A stretch of 64,000 nucleotides of DNA from a virus (Duplodnaviria > Caudoviricetes): the IMG/VR virus record IMGVR_UViG_3300028624_000004, positions 113,541 to 177,540 of that record. One strand, given 5' to 3'. Made by a program: the position numbers and the translations under genes. Within the stretch, counting starts at the first letter, position 1; each line of letters begins with the position of its first letter. The notes beneath the pieces were generated by a model. The model was not told where the DNA came from and made no database searches. It saw nothing but the letters and a program-made list of their open reading frames with translations. Positions 36,324-45,297 of this stretch are shown here, piece by piece.

Positions 36324-37889
36324 TCACACACCCTGTTCGATGAATCGGATGACATCTTCAATGTTCATAACGCTCGTCGGGCAAACCATGAGAAGTTCCT
36401 TCATCATGCTATTAGCCAGGATGCGAGCCTTGTCCTCGGGAGACATGACCTTTCCTTCCTTTTTGCCTTTCTTGTCACCCTTCCTCTTGATAGTCTCGTT
36501 TTTGCCATTATCGTGGGCGTCATTTGTGTGCATGGCATCGGAGGTCTTGCCTGACGAAGATCCGGTAATATTCAGCGAGTTGAGAAACTCGGCGTCCTTG
36601 TCGTTGATAAGCATGCCGACAATCGTGTTACCAAAGATATTCTCGTAGTAGCCCTCGAAAGTCATCTTACGCTTCATATCAATGAAACGCTGAACGTCAA
36701 TCTGGTCGAAAGTGATACCATCATCAGAAGTGTAGATCGGGCAGCAATCAAGAACCTCACGAATAACCTCAAGGTACTGTGAACCCTTGTTGGTAGCCTG
36801 ACGAAGCTCAGCCATGCGGTGAACGCAGTGAAGGACTCGGTTGATGTTCATGTCATAAACATAGACACCCTTGCCGTACCGATCATCGCTCGGCTTACGG
36901 GGGGACTGGCAACGGAAGGCAGTCTGGATCCACTCTGACGGACTCTTGCAGTCGTTCATGAAGACCACAGCATCGCACCACGGAAGTGTAACGCCAGTCT
37001 TCAACTGGTCAACTACAATGACAATGCTGCCCTTCTCTTCTGTCGGAAGCCAGTCATTATGGACCTTGTTATACAGGGCAGTTACATCGTTCTCCCGTGA
37101 AGTGGTCCAGAACACATTGTATTTCTTACCGACCATCTTCTCCAGCTTAGCACGAAGAGCCTCAACACACTTGGAACTCTCGACCGTGATAAGAACCCCC
37201 TTGCAGTTCTTCCGAATCAAACTGTTTTCATTGCGCTGATAGGCACCAATGCCAAAGATCATCTTCAGACCATGCTCAACTGCCTCGTCATACTCAAAGA
37301 ACCCCTTCTCGTTGACGGAGAGAAACTTCTTGAAGGTGAACCCCTCGTCCTTGCTATAAACCGAAGCAAGTTCCTTGATGCTCTCTGCCTTGACAGTCGG
37401 GCAGATAAAGTGAATCTGCTCGAAACGCTGATAGGCATCATGACCGGAATTCTTCATCTGCATTTCATCGACCAGATCCCACATATGGGTGTTCTCAATT
37501 TCGAACCGACCATATGACAGGTTGCGCCCAGGGGTAGCCGACATACCGATCAGATACTTGTAGTCGATCAACTCAAGAAGAGCATCGGTACGCTCGGTTT
37601 CGACACCAAGGTGAATCTCGTCAATGCCCACAACATCGAACTTGACATTGCGAATAGCATCGAACTTCTGCTTTGACCATACGCCAGCATCTTCATCAGC
37701 CTCTCCCTTGCCATCCTGAAGAGAGACGAGAAAGACATTGACAGTATTCTTGGCAATGTACAGTTCCTCACCCTTACGGACATTGATGATGTTGTAGCCC
37801 TGATAACCGTCCCACTCCATGAAAGTTTCAACCCACTGTTGGTTGAGAATGGGGTAGGAGGACATAATGAGGACATTCATGGAAGGCAT
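36324..37889 (-). CDS. SF2 helicase/restriction-type ATPase, C-terminal part (motifs Ia-VI)
   Basis: VLIMSSYPILNQQW, GIDEIH, GMSATP, TGVTLP.CDAV, WIQTAFRCQSP; lacks Walker A. Confidence 0.85.
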   Translation of the reverse strand: MPSMNVLIMSSYPILNQQWVETFMEWDGYQGYNIINVRKGEELYIAKNTVNVFLVSLQDGKGEADEDAGVWSKQKFDAIRNVKFDVVGIDEIHLGVETERTDALLELIDYKYLIGMSATPGRNLSYGRFEIENTHMWDLVDEMQMKNSGHDAYQRFEQIHFICPTVKAESIKELASVYSKDEGFTFKKFLSVNEKGFFEYDEAVEHGLKMIFGIGAYQRNENSLIRKNCKGVLITVESSKCVEALRAKLEKMVGKKYNVFWTTSRENDVTALYNKVHNDWLPTEEKGSIVIVVDQLKTGVTLPWCDAVVFMNDCKSPSEWIQTAFRCQSPRKPSDDRYGKGVYVYDMNINRVLHCVHRMAELRQATNKGSQYLEVIREVLDCCPIYTSDDGITFDQIDVQRFIDMKRKMTFEGYYENIFGNTIVGMLINDKDAEFLNSLNITGSSSGKTSDAMHTNDAHDNGKNETIKRKGDKKGKKEGKVMSPEDKARILANSMMKELLMVCPTSVMNIEDVIRFIEQGV

Positions 37890-37976
37890 GTTTTTTCTTT
37901 CCTTGGTTGATGACATTATTGTAGCCATCATTACGGTATATTCAAGAACGGACACAAGTCAACAGAGGACGGTGTA

Positions 37977-38786
37977 TCACACGCCCCGTTTAGCGTCCCA
38001 CATGTTACGGATAAGTTCGGCAAACATAATGGTCTTTCCAGCCCTCGGCTTGTCAGCAATGAGGAAGTTCCCACCCTTGGGGTTATTCTTGACAAATTCA
38101 AGAGCCTTGCTAACACAATCCTTTTGATGGGGCATGGGTTCAAGGTGCTTACGGTCCTTTACAGCCTCGTCAATTTCAGAAGTATTCCAGTCATGTGCCT
38201 TACACTTGTCAATAATCTTGGACCAGAGGACGGCAAGATCGTTGATATCAACGATCAGACAGCGATCCCCAGGAAACTTCTCACGAATAAGCGACGGAAC
38301 AGCACGGTCTTCAATATCGTTCTTGTCACCCACAACAGCGATGAAAATCTGACGGTAGTTACGGTATTTTTCCAGTAGCCCACCATCTAAGATAACTGAC
38401 CTCCAATCAATCTGACCCCACTGGGTCTTACCACCACCATGAAGATGCTTGAGTTTCGAGGTTCCTGCGGCAATCGTTTCATCGTCCATGGCAGTAATGT
38501 CGCAACCACCAGACTTGACGCCGAAGCCAATGTCGGTCATCTTGTAGCACTTCTGACCATTCTCATATAGGCTCAGCTTGCGGGGAATCCCCGGAATCTC
38601 AATGCGAAAGTATAGAGCCAGTTTGAACACCGTTTCACAAATTCTCCCCTTCAGAACAGACGCCTTCTGAACAGTGGAGTAGTGGCTATCAATGTCCTTG
38701 AGAACCTTCAAGAAGTTCGGACTGATGCCTTTCAAGTCGATGACATCGTGGGACTTGAGGAACGAAGAAATCTGACTAGCGGACAT
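37977..38786 (-). CDS. Nuclease-like N-terminal domain + helicase Q motif and Walker A (N-terminal part of split enzyme)
   Basis: KGRICE...GCDI...TSK PD-(D/E)XK-like pattern; PMPHQ; ADKPRAGKT near the C-terminus. Confidence 0.75.
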   Translation of the reverse strand: MSASQISSFLKSHDVIDLKGISPNFLKVLKDIDSHYSTVQKASVLKGRICETVFKLALYFRIEIPGIPRKLSLYENGQKCYKMTDIGFGVKSGGCDITAMDDETIAAGTSKLKHLHGGGKTQWGQIDWRSVILDGGLLEKYRNYRQIFIAVVGDKNDIEDRAVPSLIREKFPGDRCLIVDINDLAVLWSKIIDKCKAHDWNTSEIDEAVKDRKHLEPMPHQKDCVSKALEFVKNNPKGGNFLIADKPRAGKTIMFAELIRNMWDAKRGV

Positions 38787-38868
38787 GTGTGTTTCCTTGG
38801 TTTACTCTCATACTATACCCACCACTTCCCCAACTTCAAGCCTTATTCCCAGCCCACTTCCAAGTGTA

Positions 38869-39087
38869 TCACACACCATCCCACTTCTCCATTGCCGTTC
38901 TCCCATAGTTCTTACACGCTCGCTTTAGATTCTTCATACGCAAGCTAAAAAGATTACCTTCTGTTGGGGGCAAAGATGAAATATATATTTTATATCCGCT
39001 CAACAAACCAATATCCAATAAAAAATTATAGCCATGTCGATCAGGATTTTTACTTATCTTGTATCTCATAAGCGTCTCATTCACCAC
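38869..39087 (-). CDS. Small paralog-family protein
   Basis: ...KNYGRTAMEKWDGV. Confidence 0.6.
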   Translation of the reverse strand: MVNETLMRYKISKNPDRHGYNFLLDIGLLSGYKIYISSLPPTEGNLFSLRMKNLKRACKNYGRTAMEKWDGV

Positions 39088-39265
39088 TCCACTTCTTCAT
39101 CGCATCTCTTCCAGTCATCTTATAGTTTTTGTAAAGCATATTTCTTTTTCTATAAACCGTCATCTCAAAGAAAGGCGGCATATGTATAAAGTATCTTCTC
39201 CCAAGGAAAACAAATACTTCATCAGAAGGAAACACGCCTTTTCGGACCTTCATTCGCCACTCCAC
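39077..39265 (-). CDS. Small paralog-family protein
   Basis: ...YKMTGRDAMKKWSGE. Confidence 0.6.
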   Translation of the reverse strand: MEWRMKVRKGVFPSDEVFVFLGRRYFIHMPPFFEMTVYRKRNMLYKNYKMTGRDAMKKWSGE

Positions 39266-39477
39266 CCATCCATTGTGTTTCTCCCCTGTTGCTTATAAGC
39301 CCCTCTCAGGGTCTTTCCATGAACTCGAACATAATACAAGTTATCGGGCGACCTTCCAATCATAGTAACTGCAAAAGTCAACTTATAGCTACACAATAAG
39401 CCCATGTCAAGCTCATAGAAGCAACCCGCTACACTATCAAGATTCTTGGTTATCTTCAAGCCCACTCTTCCCTCCAC
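39250..39477 (-). CDS. Small paralog-family protein
   Basis: ...YKQQGRNTMDGWSGE. Confidence 0.65.
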   Translation of the reverse strand: MEGRVGLKITKNLDSVAGCFYELDMGLLCSYKLTFAVTMIGRSPDNLYYVRVHGKTLRGAYKQQGRNTMDGWSGE

Positions 39478-39653
39478 CGAAGCATAGCGTCACTTCCCCG
39501 TTTCTTGTAATAACGGAGCATATACGATCTATTCCAAAAACCACCGGAAGTGTCGGAAGTGTTGAAGAAAAACAAACCCCGTTCAATAAAGTAAGCGTTT
39601 ATTGATCCGCGATTCTTGCTTCCATGTAATATTTTACGATACTTCAAGCCCAT
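39456..39653 (-). CDS. Small paralog-family protein
   Basis: MGLK...YKKRGSDAMLRW. Confidence 0.6.
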   Translation of the reverse strand: MGLKYRKILHGSKNRGSINAYFIERGLFFFNTSDTSGGFWNRSYMLRYYKKRGSDAMLRWREEWA

Positions 39654-39656
39654 GGC

Positions 39657-40058
39657 TCACCACCACAGGTGTCTTGCCCACTTCCCAAACAACTCAAGCG
39701 CCTTATCAGCCTTCGCATGTTTCTTTTTGTCGCTACATCCATAGTAGTCATCGCTCGCCATGAATTCGAAGCCCTCAAGCATCTCCTTCAGAGTAGCGTC
39801 CCACTTCTTCTCGGTCATTCCAGAATGCCCAGGAAACCCGTTGTTCAACTCAATGAACCTACGGAGTCGTGGAACAATCCACTCGGCAAACCTGAAATCA
39901 AGGTTCCAAGTCTCCATGTCACACCAGCCCTGCTTCTCATACTGCTTGGTGAATCGCTTAGCGCGAGCCAGCAGCTTCTTGGTTGGCTTGGGTCCGACAC
40001 TCTCGTTGATATACTTGAGTTGCGGCTCAATCCACTTATAGGATTTGTTTTTAGTCAT
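39657..40058 (-). CDS. Hypothetical phage protein
   Basis: ETWNLD..FAEWIVPRLRRF...LFGKWARHLWW; AAGGA RBS. Confidence 0.75.
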   Translation of the reverse strand: MTKNKSYKWIEPQLKYINESVGPKPTKKLLARAKRFTKQYEKQGWCDMETWNLDFRFAEWIVPRLRRFIELNNGFPGHSGMTEKKWDATLKEMLEGFEFMASDDYYGCSDKKKHAKADKALELFGKWARHLWW

Positions 40059-40195
40059 ATATTTCCTTTTACTCGTCCTTCTTATCTATCTTTTCTCTAA
40101 GCATTCTAACAACCATAATCCACAGCATTATAGAGGCGGGAACCAATCCACCAAGAAAAACAGTTATGATCACAGTGCCTAAGAGAATGTCCATG

Positions 40196-40394
40196 TTATT
40201 TTATCCTCGCTTCCTTATCATTATACTCAGCCCCCACCAAAGAAGCAAGTTCTTTTCTCAGGGCAGCCCGATCAGATCGACCATCGTTAGAGGGGCGACG
40301 AAGATACTCACGAAGCTTCTGCTTGAGTTCCTCGTAGCGAGCATAATCCTCGCTTTCACGCTCGCTCATGTCTGAATGGTCTAAGAAGCTCATG
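40196..40394 (-). CDS. Hypothetical protein
   Basis: ORF in operon chain (start MSFLD). Confidence 0.5.
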
Positions 40395-40395
40395 T

Positions 40396-40902
40396 TCACT
40401 TTCCGTTGTAAATCTTCCAACACTTCGCCATATCCTTACGGCACTTGCACTCGGTAATCATGCCCCACCCAAGATACTTGGTACAACGGGTCTTGTACAG
40501 ATCGTTGACATCGTGGCTCTGGAGTCCCTGACCAGTGTGCTGATAGGGGCAGTGAAGCTCTTCGATGGGCTTGGGTTCAGCGCCATTCAGCCAATCTTCA
40601 TAATCAACCCCGAAGCGGCTGAAGTGGATGGTGTTGCCTTCACTAGTAGTGACATCTTCAGCAGCAATACCATATCCACTTGCAGTCTCAAAGACTCGCT
40701 TGACGCCTTCACGCTTCTTGCGCTTCACAAACTTCTTGAAGGTCTGCTTGACGCTGACCTTTCCAGTCCCTTTGCAGTGGGTACAGACAACAGCAGCGCC
40801 CTTCCTTTCAGCCATACCGCAGTAAAGACCAGTTCCCCTACAGGAGTCGCATTCGACCTCGCCAGTGATAGTGTAAGTGGTGTTGGTTTCGGTGAGTTTC
40901 AT
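40396..40902 (-). CDS. DnaJ-type zinc-finger (CxxCxGxG) protein
   Basis: CDSCRGTG and CTHCKGTG. Confidence 0.7.
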   Translation of the reverse strand: MKLTETNTTYTITGEVECDSCRGTGLYCGMAERKGAAVVCTHCKGTGKVSVKQTFKKFVKRKKREGVKRVFETASGYGIAAEDVTTSEGNTIHFSRFGVDYEDWLNGAEPKPIEELHCPYQHTGQGLQSHDVNDLYKTRCTKYLGWGMITECKCRKDMAKCWKIYNGK

Positions 40903-40926
40903 ATTGTTTCCTTGATTTTCTATGAA

Positions 40927-41193
40927 TCAGAGTTTGTAGTGAACGACCATGTAACGCTTGCGGTTGTAGGAGAACTCAATAGCCTCCTGCTCAATGTCGT
41001 TTCCAAGAAGCAGAGAAACCTTCTTCGGGTATAACTCCACCTTTCGAAGAACATCGGTGTACCAGCGATAGCGACTGGTGTTGAAGTGCTTGTAAAGCTG
41101 CCATGTAGGACGCTTGCCCTTGGGCTTGACTTGAACAAAAACCTCAAAACCATAGTAAGTGGTTTTAAGAATGTCTGGTGTCTTTTTCTTCAT
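40927..41193 (-). CDS. Hypothetical early protein
   Basis: ATG 6 nt after TTGACT-N15-TATGAT. Confidence 0.55.
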   Translation of the reverse strand: MKKKTPDILKTTYYGFEVFVQVKPKGKRPTWQLYKHFNTSRYRWYTDVLRKVELYPKKVSLLLGNDIEQEAIEFSYNRKRYMVVHYKL

Positions 41194-41222
41194 GGTTATA
41201 TCATATACTTCGATAACGAAAG

Positions 41223-41408
41223 TCAAGCCCCATCTTCATCGGGAACTTCTTCGACTATATAACAACCTCGGAAGCTCTCAATCTCTATAAAAATGTTATT
41301 CACAATCATGCGTCTTTTTGTTTCGTCAGACTCCACCCATATGTCACGAAGCTTCTTCATGGCACGGGAATCATTCAAGTGCGTTCCTGGGTGGAGAGGT
41401 ATTCGCAT
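41223..41408 (-). CDS. Hypothetical protein
   Basis: ORF chain. Confidence 0.5.
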   Translation of the reverse strand: MRIPLHPGTHLNDSRAMKKLRDIWVESDETKRRMIVNNIFIEIESFRGCYIVEEVPDEDGA

Positions 41409-41425
41409 TTACATATCTTTTTTAA

Positions 41426-41656
41426 TTATCTTTTCATACTATCAGAAACAATCTTCAAGCCATTAATAAGATTGTCAACGCAAGCAGGATCGAACGACAT
41501 GCGCTTTAGCTGCTCGTACTGATTGCTGCTGTTGAAAGTTTTCTCGAAGTAACGGATTTCGACGTTGCCAAGCCCGTCCATATCCTCACCAATCCCGAAG
41601 TAATAATCGTCTTTTGATACAACACGAACGATGGTTTTTGAAACGAAGTCTGACAT
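41426..41656 (-). CDS. Hypothetical protein
   Basis: GGAG RBS. Confidence 0.6.
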   Translation of the reverse strand: MSDFVSKTIVRVVSKDDYYFGIGEDMDGLGNVEIRYFEKTFNSSNQYEQLKRMSFDPACVDNLINGLKIVSDSMKR

Positions 41657-41658
41657 GA

Positions 41659-41862
41659 TTATGCTCCACAGCCACGCTTGATGGCATCAATGATGAACCT
41701 ACGGAATGAAATACCTTCACGCTTAGCGAGGTACGCCAGTCGGCAGCGGAACATGGCTCCACGCTTGCCGACGAAGACGATGTTGCAACCCCGAATTCTG
41801 AGAAGGTTGCGGGTTGGACCGAAGGCGTCGATCCATTCCTTGGTCAGTGATAGTTTATTCAT
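41659..41862 (-). CDS. Hypothetical protein with RHH-like C-terminus
   Basis: LAKREGISFRRFIIDAI. Confidence 0.5.
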   Translation of the reverse strand: MNKLSLTKEWIDAFGPTRNLLRIRGCNIVFVGKRGAMFRCRLAYLAKREGISFRRFIIDAIKRGCGA

Positions 41863-41863
41863 G

Positions 41864-42094
41864 TTAGAAGTCCTTTCCCGTCCATACCTTAAGCATCTTC
41901 TTCTGCCAGTCGTTCAGTTCGTCAATAGACTCCGGTAAGAAAGCATTAAGATGCTGTTGAACTTCAAGCCAACGCATATCCAAAGCCTCTGGTGGAGTAT
42001 ATGGAATATTTTCAAGAACATGTGAGAGTCTTTGCCTAAGTTCCTCTGGAACAAAGGGAAGCATATCGGCAATAACTTCATCAAGGTTTCGCAT
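41864..42094 (-). CDS. Hypothetical protein
   Basis: AAGGA RBS. Confidence 0.6.
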   Translation of the reverse strand: MRNLDEVIADMLPFVPEELRQRLSHVLENIPYTPPEALDMRWLEVQQHLNAFLPESIDELNDWQKKMLKVWTGKDF

Positions 42095-42095
42095 G

Positions 42096-42452
42096 TCAAA
42101 ATCCTTTCGGTGGATTAGCTGGTGTTAGAACAACATTACCCCAATCAAGCACATAGTCAATAGTGTGCCAATCTGGGTTTCCAACAAATATGAGATAGAC
42201 TCCGGGTGTGGTCCATATCCCATCACGAAACCCTGAACAGGGGCGGGAATATGCCTCTCCCACAACAACGATTTCAACAGGACGGTGAAGTATAATGTCT
42301 TTACCCGTCTTGTCAAAGGCATTGTTCGCAAGCCAGTAGTAGCCACTGGTAATGTCCTTGATGTTTTCTTTTGTAAATTTGACGATTTTAGACACGCTTG
42401 GCTTCCTCCCAGTAAACAGCCGGATCCTTCCTAAAACCATCCTTTTCGGCAA
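42096..42452 (-). CDS. Hypothetical protein (start uncertain)
   Basis: ORF chain. Confidence 0.5.
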   Translation of the reverse strand: MPKRMVLGRIRLFTGRKPSVSKIVKFTKENIKDITSGYYWLANNAFDKTGKDIILHRPVEIVVVGEAYSRPCSGFRDGIWTTPGVYLIFVGNPDWHTIDYVLDWGNVVLTPANPPKGF

Positions 42453-42639
42453 TGAAATATGCCTTTAAGCGTAGATGCTCTTCAACCAGCTTCTCGTGAT
42501 GCAGGGTACGCTCGTGCTTCCAGTTGGGATTATCAATTACCCTCTTGACACCATCGACTCCATGGCAGATATGCTCAACATGCATATCACAACGATTCTT
42601 GCCAGTAATGAATCTCCAAAGCTTGTTTATAAAGCTCAT
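42388..42639 (-). CDS. Small protein with DUF2934-like C-terminal motif
   Basis: LRLKAYFIAEKDG....AVYWEEA. Confidence 0.55.
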   Translation of the reverse strand: MSFINKLWRFITGKNRCDMHVEHICHGVDGVKRVIDNPNWKHERTLHHEKLVEEHLRLKAYFIAEKDGFRKDPAVYWEEAKRV

Positions 42640-42685
42640 ACATCTTCCTTTCTGCTGCTCCTATTATGAGCAACGGGAAGATAAG

Positions 42686-43387
42686 TCAAGCCATAAGTTT
42701 GGTCAACATAGCGGCTCGTATGGACTCCTTGACGCCAGCCAGCTTATTCTTTTCTTTTTCGCGCCTGTTCTGTAAGTCCTGTAAAGCCAATGCTTCAAAT
42801 TCGTCCTCCCACAATATATCAAATATTTCTCGTAGTCTATCATTGATATAGTCATAAAGAGTCACACCATCTGTCTTAACATAATCTTTCTTTATGTGGG
42901 AAATAATCTTGTCCTTTACTATAAATTGATGCCTCGTATCAATTCTTCCGTTCAGTGCCTTTTTAAGCTTCTCATAATCACTGACAGGGTATTCTTTAAA
43001 GGTCAACCACAAGTCGTCCTTTAGAGCCAGTACATCATCTTCATCGTGAGGAAGATTGAGCGACTTCATACCACGCTCTTGGTTCAGCTTCTTCACGATG
43101 TCAACAAGTATTTTATCTATTTCAATCAACTCGGTTTCTTTTCCTATTGACACTATTGGTTTTATTATATCTATTACTTTACTGAGATAATCAACAGGAA
43201 TTTCGGTGGCTTTATAATGCTGTATCACTCTCTCAAGTTCAGTAAGAACATGCTTTATCAACTCAACTTTGTTATAATCTTTTATTCTTGTAGTGTTCGC
43301 CATGCGCTGGCGATTCTGTTGTAAAAACAAATCTATCGGTCCAGCAATCTCTTCGAGGAAGTCTTGTTTTAGTTGTTCTGGGTCCAT
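42686..43387 (-). CDS. Late hypothetical helical protein
   Basis: GATAAATA and AGGA upstream. Confidence 0.7.
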   Translation of the reverse strand: MDPEQLKQDFLEEIAGPIDLFLQQNRQRMANTTRIKDYNKVELIKHVLTELERVIQHYKATEIPVDYLSKVIDIIKPIVSIGKETELIEIDKILVDIVKKLNQERGMKSLNLPHDEDDVLALKDDLWLTFKEYPVSDYEKLKKALNGRIDTRHQFIVKDKIISHIKKDYVKTDGVTLYDYINDRLREIFDILWEDEFEALALQDLQNRREKEKNKLAGVKESIRAAMLTKLMA

Positions 43388-43411
43388 AGGTTATATTCCT
43401 ATGGTTATTTA

Positions 43412-43624
43412 TCAATACTCCAAGTCTACAACGAACTCTTCATTACATGCTGGACATATTACCCTGACGTCACGAGTCTTATGGGTATTATACTCACATG
43501 GTTCAAACTCGGCATCACACCAGAAATCCGGAGTGTCAAGCAAATTTACAAATTCCTTGCAATGTGGGCAATCGCAGTCAAGCGATAGACTCCATTGGGC
43601 GGTTGTCTTAGGTGGGGTGTCCAT
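43412..43624 (-). CDS. Small Zn-ribbon protein
   Basis: CPHC...CPAC. Confidence 0.65.
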   Translation of the reverse strand: MDTPPKTTAQWSLSLDCDCPHCKEFVNLLDTPDFWCDAEFEPCEYNTHKTRDVRVICPACNEEFVVDLEY

Positions 43625-43818
43625 TACTTCACCAACCTGAAGTAGTCGCAGAACTCACGCTTGAATACCTTCAGAAGATGCTCATAGTCGCCTTCCATCA
43701 TTTCATTTTGGATAGGCTCCCAGTCTCTTCCTAGTTGCTTACAGAGGCTACGACCGTAGCCCATGAGAACGAAGGCATTGCCTTCAGGTCCGGATAGGTT
43801 GATTACTTTCTTAGCCAT
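43624..43818 (-). CDS. Small hypothetical phage protein
   Basis: INLSGPEGNAFVLMG...GDYEHLL. Confidence 0.7.
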   Translation of the reverse strand: MAKKVINLSGPEGNAFVLMGYGRSLCKQLGRDWEPIQNEMMEGDYEHLLKVFKREFCDYFRLVK

Positions 43819-43830
43819 GATATGGTTCCT

Positions 43831-44058
43831 TTACTTTTGTTCCACAATGGGGGTTCCGTCGATCTTTACCCAAACCTTGGTAACATAACGATTGTATGTG
43901 CTATTGGGGTCGCCAATAACAACAACTTTCTCGACATATCCTGCTTTAGCCATTTCAACATCCTTGTCGGTGGCATTGCTGACAGTATGAACGCAGAAAC
44001 AAAATGCACTGGCTGCTATAGCGATAACCAGCAACCAGAAAATTCCTTGGAAAGTCAT
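43831..44058 (-). CDS. Small membrane protein
   Basis: N-terminal TM. Confidence 0.6.
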   Translation of the reverse strand: MTFQGIFWLLVIAIAASAFCFCVHTVSNATDKDVEMAKAGYVEKVVVIGDPNSTYNRYVTKVWVKIDGTPIVEQK

Positions 44059-44300
44059 ACTTCGCCCTCCGTCATTTCAATAAAGGTTTCAATGTGATAA
44101 CCGACATGCATCTTATTGTCATCTTGGTTGAAGATGACGCAATGCCCAGGCTGATTAGGAATCTCGCCCATGTAGAGCAAGAAGTCGGCTCGACCAAGAT
44201 GCTTCTTGTAGTGGTTCATGTGTTCATCGCTGAGTGACGGGTCGATCTTGACCCATGACAGATAGCGAGGATCCTTCGGTTCCTTCGACTTCTTTTTCAT
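44055..44300 (-). CDS. Hypothetical protein
   Basis: YMGEIPNQPGHCV; overlap chain. Confidence 0.65.
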   Translation of the reverse strand: MKKKSKEPKDPRYLSWVKIDPSLSDEHMNHYKKHLGRADFLLYMGEIPNQPGHCVIFNQDDNKMHVGYHIETFIEMTEGEV

Positions 44301-44494
44301 TTAGAACTCCATGTGTGTTTGTCGTTGATAGCAACTATCAGTTTCTTTCCCATCTTCGCATTGTAGATACTTACCTGCCCACAGAGAAACCTCAAGTCGA
44401 AATACCAGATTCCGATTGTGGTGTCATTCTCACGGCGTACAGACGGAAGCCAGTAAATCTTATTCAGCCCCGTGAAGTTGAAGAGGATAACCAT
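44297..44494 (-). CDS. Hypothetical protein
   Basis: Overlap chain. Confidence 0.5.
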   Translation of the reverse strand: MVILFNFTGLNKIYWLPSVRRENDTTIGIWYFDLRFLCGQVSIYNAKMGKKLIVAINDKHTWSSK

Positions 44495-44694
44495 TATTCA
44501 CTTTCCGATGCAAATATACCAAGAAGAAAGTAGAAGAGTAAGAAAGTCCCACCAGTTGACAAAAAGAGGAAAATTGCAATCATTCTGATAAGAAATACAT
44601 CAACGCCAGTCTTATTGGCAATGGTGGCACAAACTCCCATGAACGATCCGGTTGCCTTTTCAGTCATTTTCAACTCCTTTGATCCATGTCTCAA
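44494..44694 (-). CDS. PspC-domain membrane protein
   Basis: FMGVCATIANKTGVDVFLIR followed by TM helix. Confidence 0.75.
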   Translation of the reverse strand: MRHGSKELKMTEKATGSFMGVCATIANKTGVDVFLIRMIAIFLFLSTGGTFLLFYFLLGIFASESE

Positions 44695-45007
44695 GATTCT
44701 TCTTCATGCGCTTCATGCTCTTCTTATCCGATGCGTCCCAATCATCACTGGCGATTGCCTCCTTGAGCATCTTGATAGTCTCATGCGTGACATTGTAGAA
44801 GTAGTTGCGGTAATCCTTATCAATCTTCCCGAAGATCGTCTTGTCCTCCATGACGAGAGCCACATTGAGAAAGCCTGGAGTGTTATACTCGTTATCCGTG
44901 TGCTTCAACTCCTTCTTCAGCGTATTTGCCATATTGGACAGAAGCTCTGAGCGGAAGTCAGCAGCGTTGTCAGAATCGCACCAGTGACTAAGACCCATGT
45001 ATCCCAT
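44660..45007 (-). CDS. Hypothetical protein
   Basis: AAGGAG RBS. Confidence 0.65.
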   Translation of the reverse strand: MGYMGLSHWCDSDNAADFRSELLSNMANTLKKELKHTDNEYNTPGFLNVALVMEDKTIFGKIDKDYRNYFYNVTHETIKMLKEAIASDDWDASDKKSMKRMKKNLETWIKGVEND

Positions 45008-45010
45008 GAT

Positions 45011-45295
45011 TTACTCCTTTTTCTCGTTTATACGATAATACCACCAAACAGACAAAATGCAAGTGGCAATAACGCCGATGACAGCAGGCACGGCAATCCA
45101 CGTAGATACCCAAACCCCATTCATAATGGCAACAAACGCTTCCTTACCAATATAATCACGGACTAAGCTCTGAGAGCATGCGAATGCAGAAACACCAAGC
45201 CAAAATCCAAGATTGAAGTCCTTGTTACGGCGATTTACCTTATCGTAGATTGCACCTATGACAAACAGAATGACAAGAAGATAAAAAGCAAACAT
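45011..45295 (-). CDS. Multi-pass small membrane protein
   Basis: Three hydrophobic segments; AAGGAG RBS. Confidence 0.65.
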   Translation of the reverse strand: MFAFYLLVILFVIGAIYDKVNRRNKDFNLGFWLGVSAFACSQSLVRDYIGKEAFVAIMNGVWVSTWIAVPAVIGVIATCILSVWWYYRINEKKE

Positions 45296-45297
45296 AT

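Noticed and set aside
37955-37979. TGA recoding (alternative genetic code) joining the two helicase ORFs
   Set aside because: Many clear genes here end in TGA with ATGA overlaps, and the gap contains its own promoter and RBS
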